Shown here: positions 39,518 through 48,784 of the stretch, piece after piece
Layout: each line of letters opens with the position of its first letter
Position numbering within the stretch: the stretch's first letter is position 1
Assembly: GCA_963733055.1 (NCBI GenBank)
Contig: CAVTBR010000002.1
Coordinates: forward strand, 128,001-192,000
Length of the DNA stretch: 64,000 nt
Origin: Candidatus Bathyarchaeota archaeon
GTDB lineage: Archaea > Thermoproteota > Bathyarchaeia > 40CM-2-53-6
Direction: 5' to 3'
Translations under genes and position numbers: made by a program
The notes under the pieces: generated by a model
Databases searched by the model: none
Told to the model about the DNA's origin: nothing
Seen by the model: only the letters and a program-made list of their open reading frames with translations

Positions 39518-40636
39518 CTATGGTTCGGCCTCGATACCATCCGATTGGTCCAACATTTTTTGAATAGTTGAGTTAAGGACTACTTCCGCAACATCAGTCG
39601 CGTACTCGCCGATTCTTCTCAGGCTCTCCGAGATTAAGCGGATCGCCGAGAGGTCACCCGCGGGAAGCTTCTCCTTGAGCAACCTCTCAACCAGTTTCGA
39701 TTCGAGGTCGGTAACTTTGTTCCCTTCAAATAGTACGGTCTCCGCGAGTTTGTAATCGTAGGCGAAGAGAGCTCGCAGGGAGGTTTCCATCATTTTGGAG
39801 GATTGCATGCTCAGCGCGTTCGCGTCCTTGAACAAAGATGCTGAGGGAGCCTGTTGCAGGAGTAGCACGTTCACTCCGATTCTTGCGGCGTGATCCGCAG
39901 ACCTCTCAACGCTCTTGCTAATGATACGATATCCCAGGCATTCGACGGGGGAGGTTAAACCTATTCTCGAAAGCAGCGTGGGATGTTTTACGGCCCACTT
40001 AAGTTGCCTAATCACATACAAGCTGAACCTGTCGATCTCATCGTCAATCTTCACAACCTGATTTGCCAATTCTTTGTCTAGTCTCGAAAATGCCTGCATG
40101 GAATCCTGCTGCATTGCGTTCAGAATTGATAGCATCCTTCTCAGAGCATCCGGTACAAGCAGCTGTGGGTAACTTAACAGAACTTGCAAAGTTGCGCTCT
40201 GGGCAGACTCCGTAACTAACTCCGTGCCCACCAGCTTACCCCTCGCGACATCACGAATGGTATCCCGAATGGGGGCGGCGAGGTTTCCGGACTTAGACCT
40301 AATTTCAATAGTCGAGTAACCCGCAACGTAGAGCGAGATGATCATTCTAGTTAGAGCGTCGGGGTCAATGTTGGGGTTAAGAGACATTGTGCATCGGGTG
40401 CGTTCGTCGTCGTACTTCGTGCTGCCGAATGGAGTGAGAGTGAGTCCCCAGTTTTCCTGCTTGCTAAACTCGACGCGGCCTCCCTTTCTGAGACCTGCTT
40501 CCTGAACCCAAGGCTTGGGGAGTGACACTATGTAGGATCCGCGGCCCGTCACCTGGACGCGTCGTACATATCGATCCTCAGCGGCTGATGGTTCTTCTCC
40601 TGTCTCCTTCTTTGGATCCGGGGGATTTGCTTTCAT
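39518..40636 (-). CDS. AbrB-PhoU phosphate uptake regulator
   Basis: RRVQVTGRGSYIVSLPKPW (AbrB) plus two PhoU domains (ERSADHA, RRIGEY). Confidence 0.92.
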   Translation of the reverse strand: MKANPPDPKKETGEEPSAAEDRYVRRVQVTGRGSYIVSLPKPWVQEAGLRKGGRVEFSKQENWGLTLTPFGSTKYDDERTRCTMSLNPNIDPDALTRMIISLYVAGYSTIEIRSKSGNLAAPIRDTIRDVARGKLVGTELVTESAQSATLQVLLSYPQLLVPDALRRMLSILNAMQQDSMQAFSRLDKELANQVVKIDDEIDRFSLYVIRQLKWAVKHPTLLSRIGLTSPVECLGYRIISKSVERSADHAARIGVNVLLLQQAPSASLFKDANALSMQSSKMMETSLRALFAYDYKLAETVLFEGNKVTDLESKLVERLLKEKLPAGDLSAIRLISESLRRIGEYATDVAEVVLNSTIQKMLDQSDGIEAEP

Positions 40637-40640
40637 GATC

Positions 40641-41267
40641 TCAAGTCTTCGATCCGGTTACGATGTAAACTACTGAGTCTCCGATGTAACATGCGTGATC
40701 AGCAATTCTCTCCAGATACCTCAACACCAAGGTTGACGCGAGAGCGCATCTGACTGTGAGTGTCTTATCATTGGCCATCGCGGCGGCGTACTTGTAGTAT
40801 ACCTTGTCAACCTCATCGTCGTCTTTCCTTAGCGAGCGCGCAAGTTCCGTGTCGCGAGTCTTGAACGATTGAATACTTCTCTCAATCATGCTTGTAACTT
40901 TCTCACTTAACTCGTGAATTACAGACTTGTCGCAAGCTGACAAATCTCCGTAGGTCTTGAGAACCAGTGCGATGTCGTAGGCGTATCGTCCGAATCTGGA
41001 AAAACCATACGCGATTTCTAGACATGATTTGATGAAGCGTAAATCCGTTGCTACGGGTTGATAACGTGCTAAGAGGTCGACGCCGAGCTCCTCAACTTCC
41101 GCGGTTAGCTGCGCCAGCTGAGCTGCTCTCTTCCGCGCAGCATCGGTCGCCTTCTGCCCCTTTTCGTAGGCTTCGAGGGCCTTGACTACGGAATCTTGAG
41201 CTAGGTTGGACATGTCGACGATTGCGCTGGAGAGTCTTTCCTCACCCATGTCCATTAGCCGCGGCAT
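40641..41267 (-). CDS. phoU: Phosphate signalling protein PhoU
   Basis: ARYQPVATDLR, DDEVD and YLERIADH motifs. Confidence 0.93.
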   Translation of the reverse strand: MPRLMDMGEERLSSAIVDMSNLAQDSVVKALEAYEKGQKATDAARKRAAQLAQLTAEVEELGVDLLARYQPVATDLRFIKSCLEIAYGFSRFGRYAYDIALVLKTYGDLSACDKSVIHELSEKVTSMIERSIQSFKTRDTELARSLRKDDDEVDKVYYKYAAAMANDKTLTVRCALASTLVLRYLERIADHACYIGDSVVYIVTGSKT

Positions 41268-41273
41268 CGAGAT

Positions 41274-42104
41274 TCACCCGAACTTTCCACTGATGTATCG
41301 TTCCGTGAGTTCGTTGTGTGGGTTCTGGAAGATTTCTGTCGTCGGCCCATACTCGATGAGCCTACCGAGGTAAAGGAATCCGGTAAGGTCGGAGATGCGC
41401 GCTGCCTGTTGCATATTGTGTGTTACAACGATTACTGTGTAGGTCGCCTTCAGTTTTGTTATGAGTTCCTCAATCTTTGCGGTCGCAATGGGGTCGAGTG
41501 CTGAGCAGGGTTCGTCCATGAGGATAACTTCAGGTTCCACGGCTAGGGTGCGTGCGATGCACAGTCTCTGCTGTTGTCCACCAGATATACTCGCCCCGGA
41601 TTCCTTTATTCTGTCACCGATCTCGTCCCAAAGGAATGATTTCTTGAGGTTCTCCTCAACTCTTTCTGCGATGACCTTCCGATCGTGAACTCCATTAAGC
41701 CGAAGGCCTGCCGCGACATTGTCGTATATTGACATTGTTGGGAATGGGTTTGGTTTTTGGAATACCATTCCTATCCTTCGACGCACGACGACAGGATCCA
41801 TTGACGAGGAAAGAATGTCTTCGCCGTCAAGTATTATGTGACCATTGGTCCACGCGTCAGGGGTGACCTCATGCATTCTATTTAGGCAGCGGATGAATGT
41901 GGATTTGCCGCACCCTGAGGGACCAATTATGGCGGTGACTGTATTTTCCTTGAATGAGATGGATATGTCATCTAGGACTTTTTTTCGGCCGAATCCAGCG
42001 TTTAGGCCTGTTACCTGCATTTTCTCCTTTAAATTGGACAAATCGAGGACTCTCTTGTCGGCTTCCGGAGTACTATCTAACTGTGTTACGAGTTCTGAAC
42101 TCAT
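41274..42104 (-). CDS. pstB: Phosphate ABC transporter ATPase
   Basis: GPSGCGKS, FQKPNPFP, SGGQQQRL, DEPCSALDP and YISGKFG motifs. Confidence 0.96.
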   Translation of the reverse strand: MSSELVTQLDSTPEADKRVLDLSNLKEKMQVTGLNAGFGRKKVLDDISISFKENTVTAIIGPSGCGKSTFIRCLNRMHEVTPDAWTNGHIILDGEDILSSSMDPVVVRRRIGMVFQKPNPFPTMSIYDNVAAGLRLNGVHDRKVIAERVEENLKKSFLWDEIGDRIKESGASISGGQQQRLCIARTLAVEPEVILMDEPCSALDPIATAKIEELITKLKATYTVIVVTHNMQQAARISDLTGFLYLGRLIEYGPTTEIFQNPHNELTERYISGKFG

Positions 42105-42156
42105 GGTTAGCTACCGACCATGGCTTACTGTGAGGATTGGGTAATTGAATGCGAGT

Positions 42157-42171
42157 TATATGAATCATATA
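42157..42171. promoter_or_regulatory. Palindrome in the divergent pstB/pstS promoter
   Basis: TATATGA-A-TCATATA, perfect 7-1-7 dyad. Confidence 0.55.
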
Positions 42172-42258
42172 GATAACAGTGCTGACACATGTGCACGCAT
42201 GTTCACAATGCGTTTTCGCTAAATAAGAATCGGCGTCTACGTGCCTCCGATGATTCGT

Positions 42259-43530
42259 ATGTCTAGCAAGACCTCGAAACGTAATGTCGGAATAGTTGCT
42301 CTTGTTGTCGTCATCCTGGCGGCAGTTGCAGGAGGATACTACTTCACGACAATGAACAACAGTCAAAGCACGTCAGCAACATCCATGATGACCTCTGATA
42401 CCTCGATGATATCTTCAGAGTCATCGATAATGACTTCAGCAACCATGACTGAAACCTCCATGGCCTCGTCAACATCTTCTGTCGCAGGATACCAACCAAC
42501 CACGCCCGTCTCGCTTCTTGGAGCGGGGGCAACGTTTCCCGCCCCGTTACTTCAGAAATGGACGGTCACATACAACCAGCTATACCCCGCAGTCACCATA
42601 AGCTACAACCCGATCGGCAGTGGGGGCGGAATACAACAGATATCAGCAAAGACGGTGGACTTCGGAGCCTCGGACGCTCCGCTAAATAGCGCACAGTTCG
42701 CGGCGGCGCCAGGTCTATCTCTCTTCCCTGAGACACTTGGTGGCGTAGCTATAACCTACAATCTGGCGGCATGGGGCGTCGGCAATAACGTTACGTTGAA
42801 CTTCACGCCGGAAGTCATCGTTGGCATCTACTTGGGGAACATACTCAAATGGAATGACCCAGCTCTCGTAGCACTCAACCCTGGAGTGAATCTACCGAAC
42901 GGCTTCATCACCACAGTGCACAGGTCAGATGGCAGCGGAACCACATATGCATTCACGAACTACCTTTCCGTTGTCAGCCCAAACTGGGCATCGCAAGTAG
43001 GCTACAGCACGTCCGTTACTTGGCCTGCTGACACGAAACTTGGGGCCATCGGTGTTGGTTCAAAGGGTAATTCCGGAGTTGCAGGCACAGTCGCGAACAC
43101 CAATGGGGCAATAGGATATGTTGACCTCATCTACGCAGTCCAGAACAATCTTGGAGTAGGAGCCGTCAAGAATGCAGCAGGCAATTTCGTTGTACCGACT
43201 CTACAAACGATTCTCTACGCAGCCCAGAACGCAACCGGCACCCCCAACCCCGCAGACCTTCGAGTGCACATAGTTAACGCCGCAGGAGCACAATCCTATC
43301 CGATCGCAACCTACACCTACATACTCGTCTACAAAGACCTGTCAGCAAACCCTAGCACGACTCACGACAAAGCAGTAGCGCTAGTTCACTTCCTTTGGTG
43401 GGCGATCCACGATGGACAGCAGTATTCATCGCCCTTGGACTACGTGCCACTCCCTGCCAATGTCGTTGCAGCGGATGAACAATTCCTGATGACTCTGAAC
43501 TATCAAGGCACAGTCCTCCTAACCGGATAG
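42259..43530 (+). CDS. pstS: Phosphate-binding protein PstS with TM anchor and S/T/M-rich stalk
   Basis: GAGATFP, GSGGG, DFGASD, HRSDGSGTT and YPI motifs. Confidence 0.95.
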   Translation: MSSKTSKRNVGIVALVVVILAAVAGGYYFTTMNNSQSTSATSMMTSDTSMISSESSIMTSATMTETSMASSTSSVAGYQPTTPVSLLGAGATFPAPLLQKWTVTYNQLYPAVTISYNPIGSGGGIQQISAKTVDFGASDAPLNSAQFAAAPGLSLFPETLGGVAITYNLAAWGVGNNVTLNFTPEVIVGIYLGNILKWNDPALVALNPGVNLPNGFITTVHRSDGSGTTYAFTNYLSVVSPNWASQVGYSTSVTWPADTKLGAIGVGSKGNSGVAGTVANTNGAIGYVDLIYAVQNNLGVGAVKNAAGNFVVPTLQTILYAAQNATGTPNPADLRVHIVNAAGAQSYPIATYTYILVYKDLSANPSTTHDKAVALVHFLWWAIHDGQQYSSPLDYVPLPANVVAADEQFLMTLNYQGTVLLTG

Positions 43531-43544
43531 AAGTCAGCTACGCA

Positions 43545-44519
43545 ATGCAAGAGCAACTTGAGAAAAGCCGTGTTCCGAAAAGGACACGGCGCCACGATTT
43601 TTTGCACTTTGCCCTAATTATCGCCGCGGTAGCAATTCCAGTTGTCGCGGCTCTTACCGTGTACTCGCTTTACAATGGAAGTTTAGACTCTATTCAAGCC
43701 CTAGGCTTCAGCTTTTTGACCGGTACCCTATGGGTTCCAAATCCTCCCAACGGTGGGGCTCCAATCTTGGGAGCAGTCCCCGCAATGTATGGGTCAATAG
43801 TCACGACGTTAATTGCGCTGCTATTTGCGGTTCCAATTAGCTTGGGTGTCGCTCTATTTCAATCAGAGTTGGCTCCCAGCAAAATACGACTCCCTTCAAT
43901 CTTTCTAGTTGAATTACTTGCTGCCGTGCCGAGCGTAGTGTATGGACTCTGGGGACTCTTCTACCTCGTTCCATTCATGAGCAATTACATAGATCCAGGA
44001 CTCCTCGGCTCACTCGGGTTCATCCCACTATTCCAGGGCGAAACAAATGGGCTCGGAATGCTGACGGCCGGTCTCATTTTGGCGATCATGATCACCCCCT
44101 ACGCGTCCGCAGTTATGCGAGAGGTTGTCGCAGCAGTCCCACGTAGTCAACGAGAGGCTTGCATCGCGTTGGGCGGAACAAGGCTAGAGACAATCCGAAT
44201 GGCAGTCGTTCCTTATGCCAGCACGGGCATAATCGCGGCCATCGTCCTAGCAATGGGCAGGGCAATCGGAGAAACCATGGCGGTCATCATGGTCATCGGC
44301 AACGTCGCAAGAATCAGCCCTTCATTGTTCCTTCCTGCAGAAACCATTCCAAGCGTGATCGCCAATGAGTTCACAGAAGTAGCGGGAAACAACATTTATC
44401 TCGCCGCGCTATTCGAGCTCGGTTTGATTCTTTTCGTGATCGCTTTTCTAATGAATCTAGTGGGTAGGGTACTAATTTCGAGACTGAGTTTCCATCCCGG
44501 AAGGTCAACAGATGTTTAG
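43545..44519 (+). CDS. pstC: Phosphate ABC transporter permease PstC
   Basis: ELLAAVPSVVYGLWG and GRAIGETMAV motifs. Confidence 0.95.
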   Translation: MQEQLEKSRVPKRTRRHDFLHFALIIAAVAIPVVAALTVYSLYNGSLDSIQALGFSFLTGTLWVPNPPNGGAPILGAVPAMYGSIVTTLIALLFAVPISLGVALFQSELAPSKIRLPSIFLVELLAAVPSVVYGLWGLFYLVPFMSNYIDPGLLGSLGFIPLFQGETNGLGMLTAGLILAIMITPYASAVMREVVAAVPRSQREACIALGGTRLETIRMAVVPYASTGIIAAIVLAMGRAIGETMAVIMVIGNVARISPSLFLPAETIPSVIANEFTEVAGNNIYLAALFELGLILFVIAFLMNLVGRVLISRLSFHPGRSTDV

Positions 44520-45357
44520 ATCCCTGAGTAGACGAAGGTTCAACGATAGGTTGTTTACGGCTCTAGCTACAGTTGCTTTCCTAATTCCCATAATCCCACT
44601 CGCCTCAATCCTCTACGAAACCGCCTCCCTAGGCCATAGCGTGCTGAATCTCAACTTTTTCACACAGGTCACTCCTCCGATTGGTGGAAGTGGCGGTGGC
44701 ATATTGAATGCGGTAGAGGGTAGCTTGGTCGTGGTCGGAATAGCGTCTATAATCGGTATACCCATAGGACTCTTCGCCGGGGCCTATCTATCCGAATACC
44801 CGGGTAGGCTCGCAAACAATATCAGGCTTGTCGCGGAGGTTCTGACGGGGGTTCCGTCCATCGTGACGGGCATCGTTGTATACGTTTTGATCGTGGCCAC
44901 ATTACACAGATTTTCAGCCCTCGCCGGCGGGATTGCTTTAAGTTTCATGATGATACCCATTGTGGCGATATCGACACACGAGTCCCTCAGACTTGTGCCC
45001 TCTTATATCAAGGAGGGCGGCTTGGCTCTCGGAATATCGAGGTCAAAGACGCTCCTCTACATCCTCGTGTCGAGTGCCAAGAGTGGAATCATTACGGGCA
45101 TTGCTCTGGCGGTTGCTCGAATCATGGGGGAAACCGCTCCCCTGCTCTTCACCGCTCTCGGCAGCCAATTCTTGATGAACAGCGTTTTCGACCCGACAGC
45201 CACTATGACCGTGCTGATCTTTGACTTTGGAACTTCCCCGTACCCGAACGCGCATGCCTTTGCTTGGGGCGCAGCCTTCACACTACTGATGATAGTCTTG
45301 AGCCTGAATATAGTAGTCCGAGTCGCGTCAAGATTGAAACCCACGGTCCCCATTTGA
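44512..45357 (+). CDS. pstA: Phosphate ABC transporter permease PstA
   Basis: GVPSIVTG and ARIMGETAPL motifs. Confidence 0.95.
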   Translation: MFRSLSRRRFNDRLFTALATVAFLIPIIPLASILYETASLGHSVLNLNFFTQVTPPIGGSGGGILNAVEGSLVVVGIASIIGIPIGLFAGAYLSEYPGRLANNIRLVAEVLTGVPSIVTGIVVYVLIVATLHRFSALAGGIALSFMMIPIVAISTHESLRLVPSYIKEGGLALGISRSKTLLYILVSSAKSGIITGIALAVARIMGETAPLLFTALGSQFLMNSVFDPTATMTVLIFDFGTSPYPNAHAFAWGAAFTLLMIVLSLNIVVRVASRLKPTVPI

Positions 45358-45426
45358 CTTCCGAGTTCTTCAACCTACTTCAGGTAACAAAACGCCTGAA
45401 TTGTGTTTCTGCTTGAGAATTGGATC

Positions 45427-47205
45427 TCAGGCCATGTTGATCAGTTGCTTCGGCGTGAGCAGCCAGATCAGGGTTGCACACTTTCCCATCTGCAACTTCT
45501 CAACCTGTAGCTTGCAAACGCTTCCCTTCTTGAGTAGCGGTCTCGCGCTAGCGCTTCCGGTCGTCAGGGTTGAGATCAAAGCGCTCAGTTGGGGTTCGTG
45601 TCCCACCATGAGCAAACGCCTGCATGGTGAGTATTTTTCTTGCACTGCTCTGATGGCTTCTTCCGGAAGTACTTCGGGTCTTAGCGCCTGTGAGGTTTGA
45701 ATTATCTGCCCCACCCCATACTCGCGTGCAACGACGAACGCCGTCTCCAAAGCCCGCCTATACGGGCTCGTCAAGATCAAATCAAACTGAACATTTAGGC
45801 GACGTAATCCTTTGGCGATCCGACGGAGCCTTTTCATACCCTTCATCGTTAGGGGTCGATCCGAGTCCAGCGGGTAAGCCGCATCGCCCCGAGTAACTGC
45901 GATCCCATGCCTAAGGATGAACAGCGTCTTTGAAGGGGAGGATGCTACGCCGGTCTGCTCATGAATAACTGGCTTCCAGATGCTGCCGAATTTTGGAACA
46001 GACTTTAGAAAGCGTTCGGTCGCCTCAATCTTCCGCCTTTCGAGGTCCAACCATATCTCCGCAACGGCAGATGGTACATTCTCTTTCTTCCATCTGAACT
46101 CAACTAGATCTTTCATGAGGACCTCAAGGTCTTGAATTTGACCCATTAGTCGAGCGAGGAGCGTGGCGGTTCTAAGTTGCCTGCTTTCCAATCCCACTAC
46201 TGGCTGTAGCATCTCGATTGTGTACCGTAGTGGTTTGAAGGCGAGTCGTACTCTATGAATCGACGCGTAATCCGCGGGGGTCAGTGCTTCAATTTTCTTG
46301 CTCAAGTTATCAAAGGAGACATCTAATGAGGCATCGACAATCCTGTGAGAGTTCTCTGATGTTGTAGTGGCGCAACGCGCGTTGAGTCTAATCCTTGCTC
46401 GGTTGACGGCGTTCTCAATGAATTTTCTATCTGATTTCCAGGGAATCTTATTGGCCGACTTGAGGTACGCGGTTTCTCTGTCCCGGAGCTCGTCATAGAA
46501 TTCTTTCATCTCTGGAAGTTCTTTGAGAAAACCGCGTGTCCTTACCATTTCGATGTGTACGTCTCGAAGGACGCTTAGCTCTTTGAGTTGGTCTTTTAGT
46601 TTGACGCGGGCTTGTCTGAGGATGTTATCTGGATTGAACCTGTCAATCAAGTCGATGGTTGTGGTGAGGCGTCGAATACTGACGCGGAGGTCGTGCACGT
46701 TTTTGACCGACGCGAGTTGCTGGTAGCGCTTCAAGCTCTCTACATAATCGTTCCATCGCTTGTCCAAGGCGATGATTATGAAATTAAGGACGTCCGGCTT
46801 GGCTGATCTTCGTCGTATGGGAGCCTTCACGGCGACTCTGCGTTGTGAGACTCTCTTGGGGGCAACAGTCTTCACAGGTTTCAAAATCGGTTTTGGTTTC
46901 TGTATGGTTTTTGGTTTCGGCCGTGGTCGCGGCTTCTGTACCGCTTTCGGTTTCAGCCGTGATTGCGTACTTGGTTTCGGCGGTGGTTGCGGTTTTGATT
47001 TCTTGACCGGTTTTAACCTCTTGATGGGCTTTTGGGTAACATGCCGGGACTTGCTTCGCTGTACTTTACTTGCACGTACTCGTCTGACTTGAATTCTTTC
47101 CCTTGAACCGCTCGCTCTGCTTGGTCTCGCTCTGCTTGGTGCCCGCACCGCGACTCGGCGCTTCTTCGGGACCACTATCTTTCTTACCCTGCTCCTTCTT
47201 CTCAA
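45427..47205 (-). CDS. Polybasic tail + CHAD + SixA-type histidine phosphatase fusion
   Basis: About 135-aa K/R/P-rich N-terminus; CHAD motifs VHDLRVSIRRL, LRDVHI, IHRVRLAFKPLRY, GQIQDLEV; SixA motifs LRHG, DRPLT, SPYRRA, VGHEP. TTG overlaps the upstream stop (TTGA). Confidence 0.9.
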   Translation of the reverse strand: MRRRSRVRKIVVPKKRRVAVRAPSRARPSRASGSRERIQVRRVRASKVQRSKSRHVTQKPIKRLKPVKKSKPQPPPKPSTQSRLKPKAVQKPRPRPKPKTIQKPKPILKPVKTVAPKRVSQRRVAVKAPIRRRSAKPDVLNFIIIALDKRWNDYVESLKRYQQLASVKNVHDLRVSIRRLTTTIDLIDRFNPDNILRQARVKLKDQLKELSVLRDVHIEMVRTRGFLKELPEMKEFYDELRDRETAYLKSANKIPWKSDRKFIENAVNRARIRLNARCATTTSENSHRIVDASLDVSFDNLSKKIEALTPADYASIHRVRLAFKPLRYTIEMLQPVVGLESRQLRTATLLARLMGQIQDLEVLMKDLVEFRWKKENVPSAVAEIWLDLERRKIEATERFLKSVPKFGSIWKPVIHEQTGVASSPSKTLFILRHGIAVTRGDAAYPLDSDRPLTMKGMKRLRRIAKGLRRLNVQFDLILTSPYRRALETAFVVAREYGVGQIIQTSQALRPEVLPEEAIRAVQEKYSPCRRLLMVGHEPQLSALISTLTTGSASARPLLKKGSVCKLQVEKLQMGKCATLIWLLTPKQLINMA

Positions 47206-48784
47206 TTGGTGGTTGCAGGCTCCTGATCGTGATGAGTCTCAATGGGGGGTAATCTCGTTAGAACCTTTTCGACTTTGGATCTCAATTCCTTGTGGATGGC
47301 AAGCGGTGACCTGTTTCCGTTAATGGTATCGAACTTGTAGTCTAGCGTCAGGCGTTGGAATTCCGTGCGCATTCTTCGCTGATAATCGACGAAGCATTGG
47401 TACATATCTCCCGAGCGGCGAATGTCCATCCCAGATTCCCAAAAGTCGAGCATCCCGCTCTTCATCAGGTTTCGTTCGCGAGGATGCGGGGGTTGACGGC
47501 GAGGTAGAATACCGCGTCGGGGACTAAGGCGATACTGTAAACTTTCTGCACCCATTCCCTACTCATCCCCCTGACGACCTCCCGCGCCATGAGAGTGTAG
47601 ATGTAGCGGTCCGCGAGCACTACGAAACCCGCTTTCAGGGCTGGGATGATGTTGTTCTCGAGCTGGTCCGCGAAGTCAGTCGCGTAGAAGATGGTCATTG
47701 TGACCGGACTTAATGTATTGCCCAGCAGAGCTTCCTGCAACTCCGCGGATACGAGACGCGACCTCTTTAGACCAACATCTATTGTCGGATAACCTAGGAC
47801 TTCTAGATGCTTGTGCAGCAGATCAATTTGCGTAGACCTACCTGACCCATCCGACCCTTCGACGACCAGCAGCTTTCCCTTGAGTTGACCAAGGTTAACC
47901 TTTGGGAGCCCTCTTCCAAAGAAGTGCTTCTCAGAACCGTTATTCTGGAACGGAAATGTCACGTCTCCGGCATCCGCTAGGGTCAGTTCGTCATTAGAGG
48001 GGGTCATGGCTTGCAGCGGTTTCTCTTCAGACGCCTCCCTCAAGGCACTCCTAAATTTCTGCTCCGGGTACTGTACCCCGCGCAGACCCGGCGGAACGGG
48101 GAGCGGTCCCTTCGCTTTATGCTTCGATAGATCGATTCGCTGGTTGACAAAATCACGAATAGCCTGCTGCTGGTCATCCGGAGGCCGACTTGCGTCGATT
48201 ACAATGAAGTTATACTTTCGAGCGATGTTGTGGTATTCATTGTTCAGCATGCCCGCGAATATCCGGAAGCTCTCATATGGGTCTGGGGAGAGGTTGAGGT
48301 CCATTCCAGCTTCGTGGTACTTCAGTTGCGGACGGCTTTCGAGAATTCGTGCGAGTGCCGTCTCCAATGGAACGTCAAAGAAGAATGTAGCGTCTGGGTG
48401 TCGTGCGAAACTATAGAGGTTCCTCACCCATTCCGGATCGCATCCCCGAACCACGTCACGCACGAACGCAGTGTACACGTACCGGTCAGCGAGTACCAGA
48501 TAGCCAGCTCTTAGTAACGGGAGAATTTGCCTCTCATATCTATCCGCAAAGTCAGTGCAGTGAATCAGAGAGAACGTGGTCGGGGTCAGCAGGCGTTTCT
48601 TCTTTCCCCTCCGTGTTGCCTTCTTGACCAGAGAGGATGAATTCCATTCCGTGAAAATGACCTTGTACCGTTCTAGCTCAAGCCACCGGCGTAGAAGATA
48701 GATCTGAGTAGACTTCCCCGACCCGTCAATGCCTTCGACGGCGATCAGTTTTCCGGGCAAAGGGTCTTGTTCCGACGAAATCAT
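47202..48784 (-). CDS. Tandem two-domain thymidylate-kinase-like P-loop kinase (apparent -1 frameshift near 47477)
   Basis: Domain 1 VEGIDGSGKST..ADRY; domain 2 VEGSDGSGRST..ADRY. ATG at 48784 overlaps the ppx stop; the C-terminus continues in ORF 47202-47555. Confidence 0.88.

Noticed and set aside
45381-45394. AGGTAACAAAACG as right end of the second IS-like element
   Set aside because: Only 11/13 match, about 28 kb away across core ribosomal genes, and no CGGGCGCG duplication follows.
47465-47485. Frameshift in the tandem kinase as regulatory recoding
   Set aside because: Restoring one G (GCG GAA CGA) gives a continuous domain; typical homopolymer deletion.
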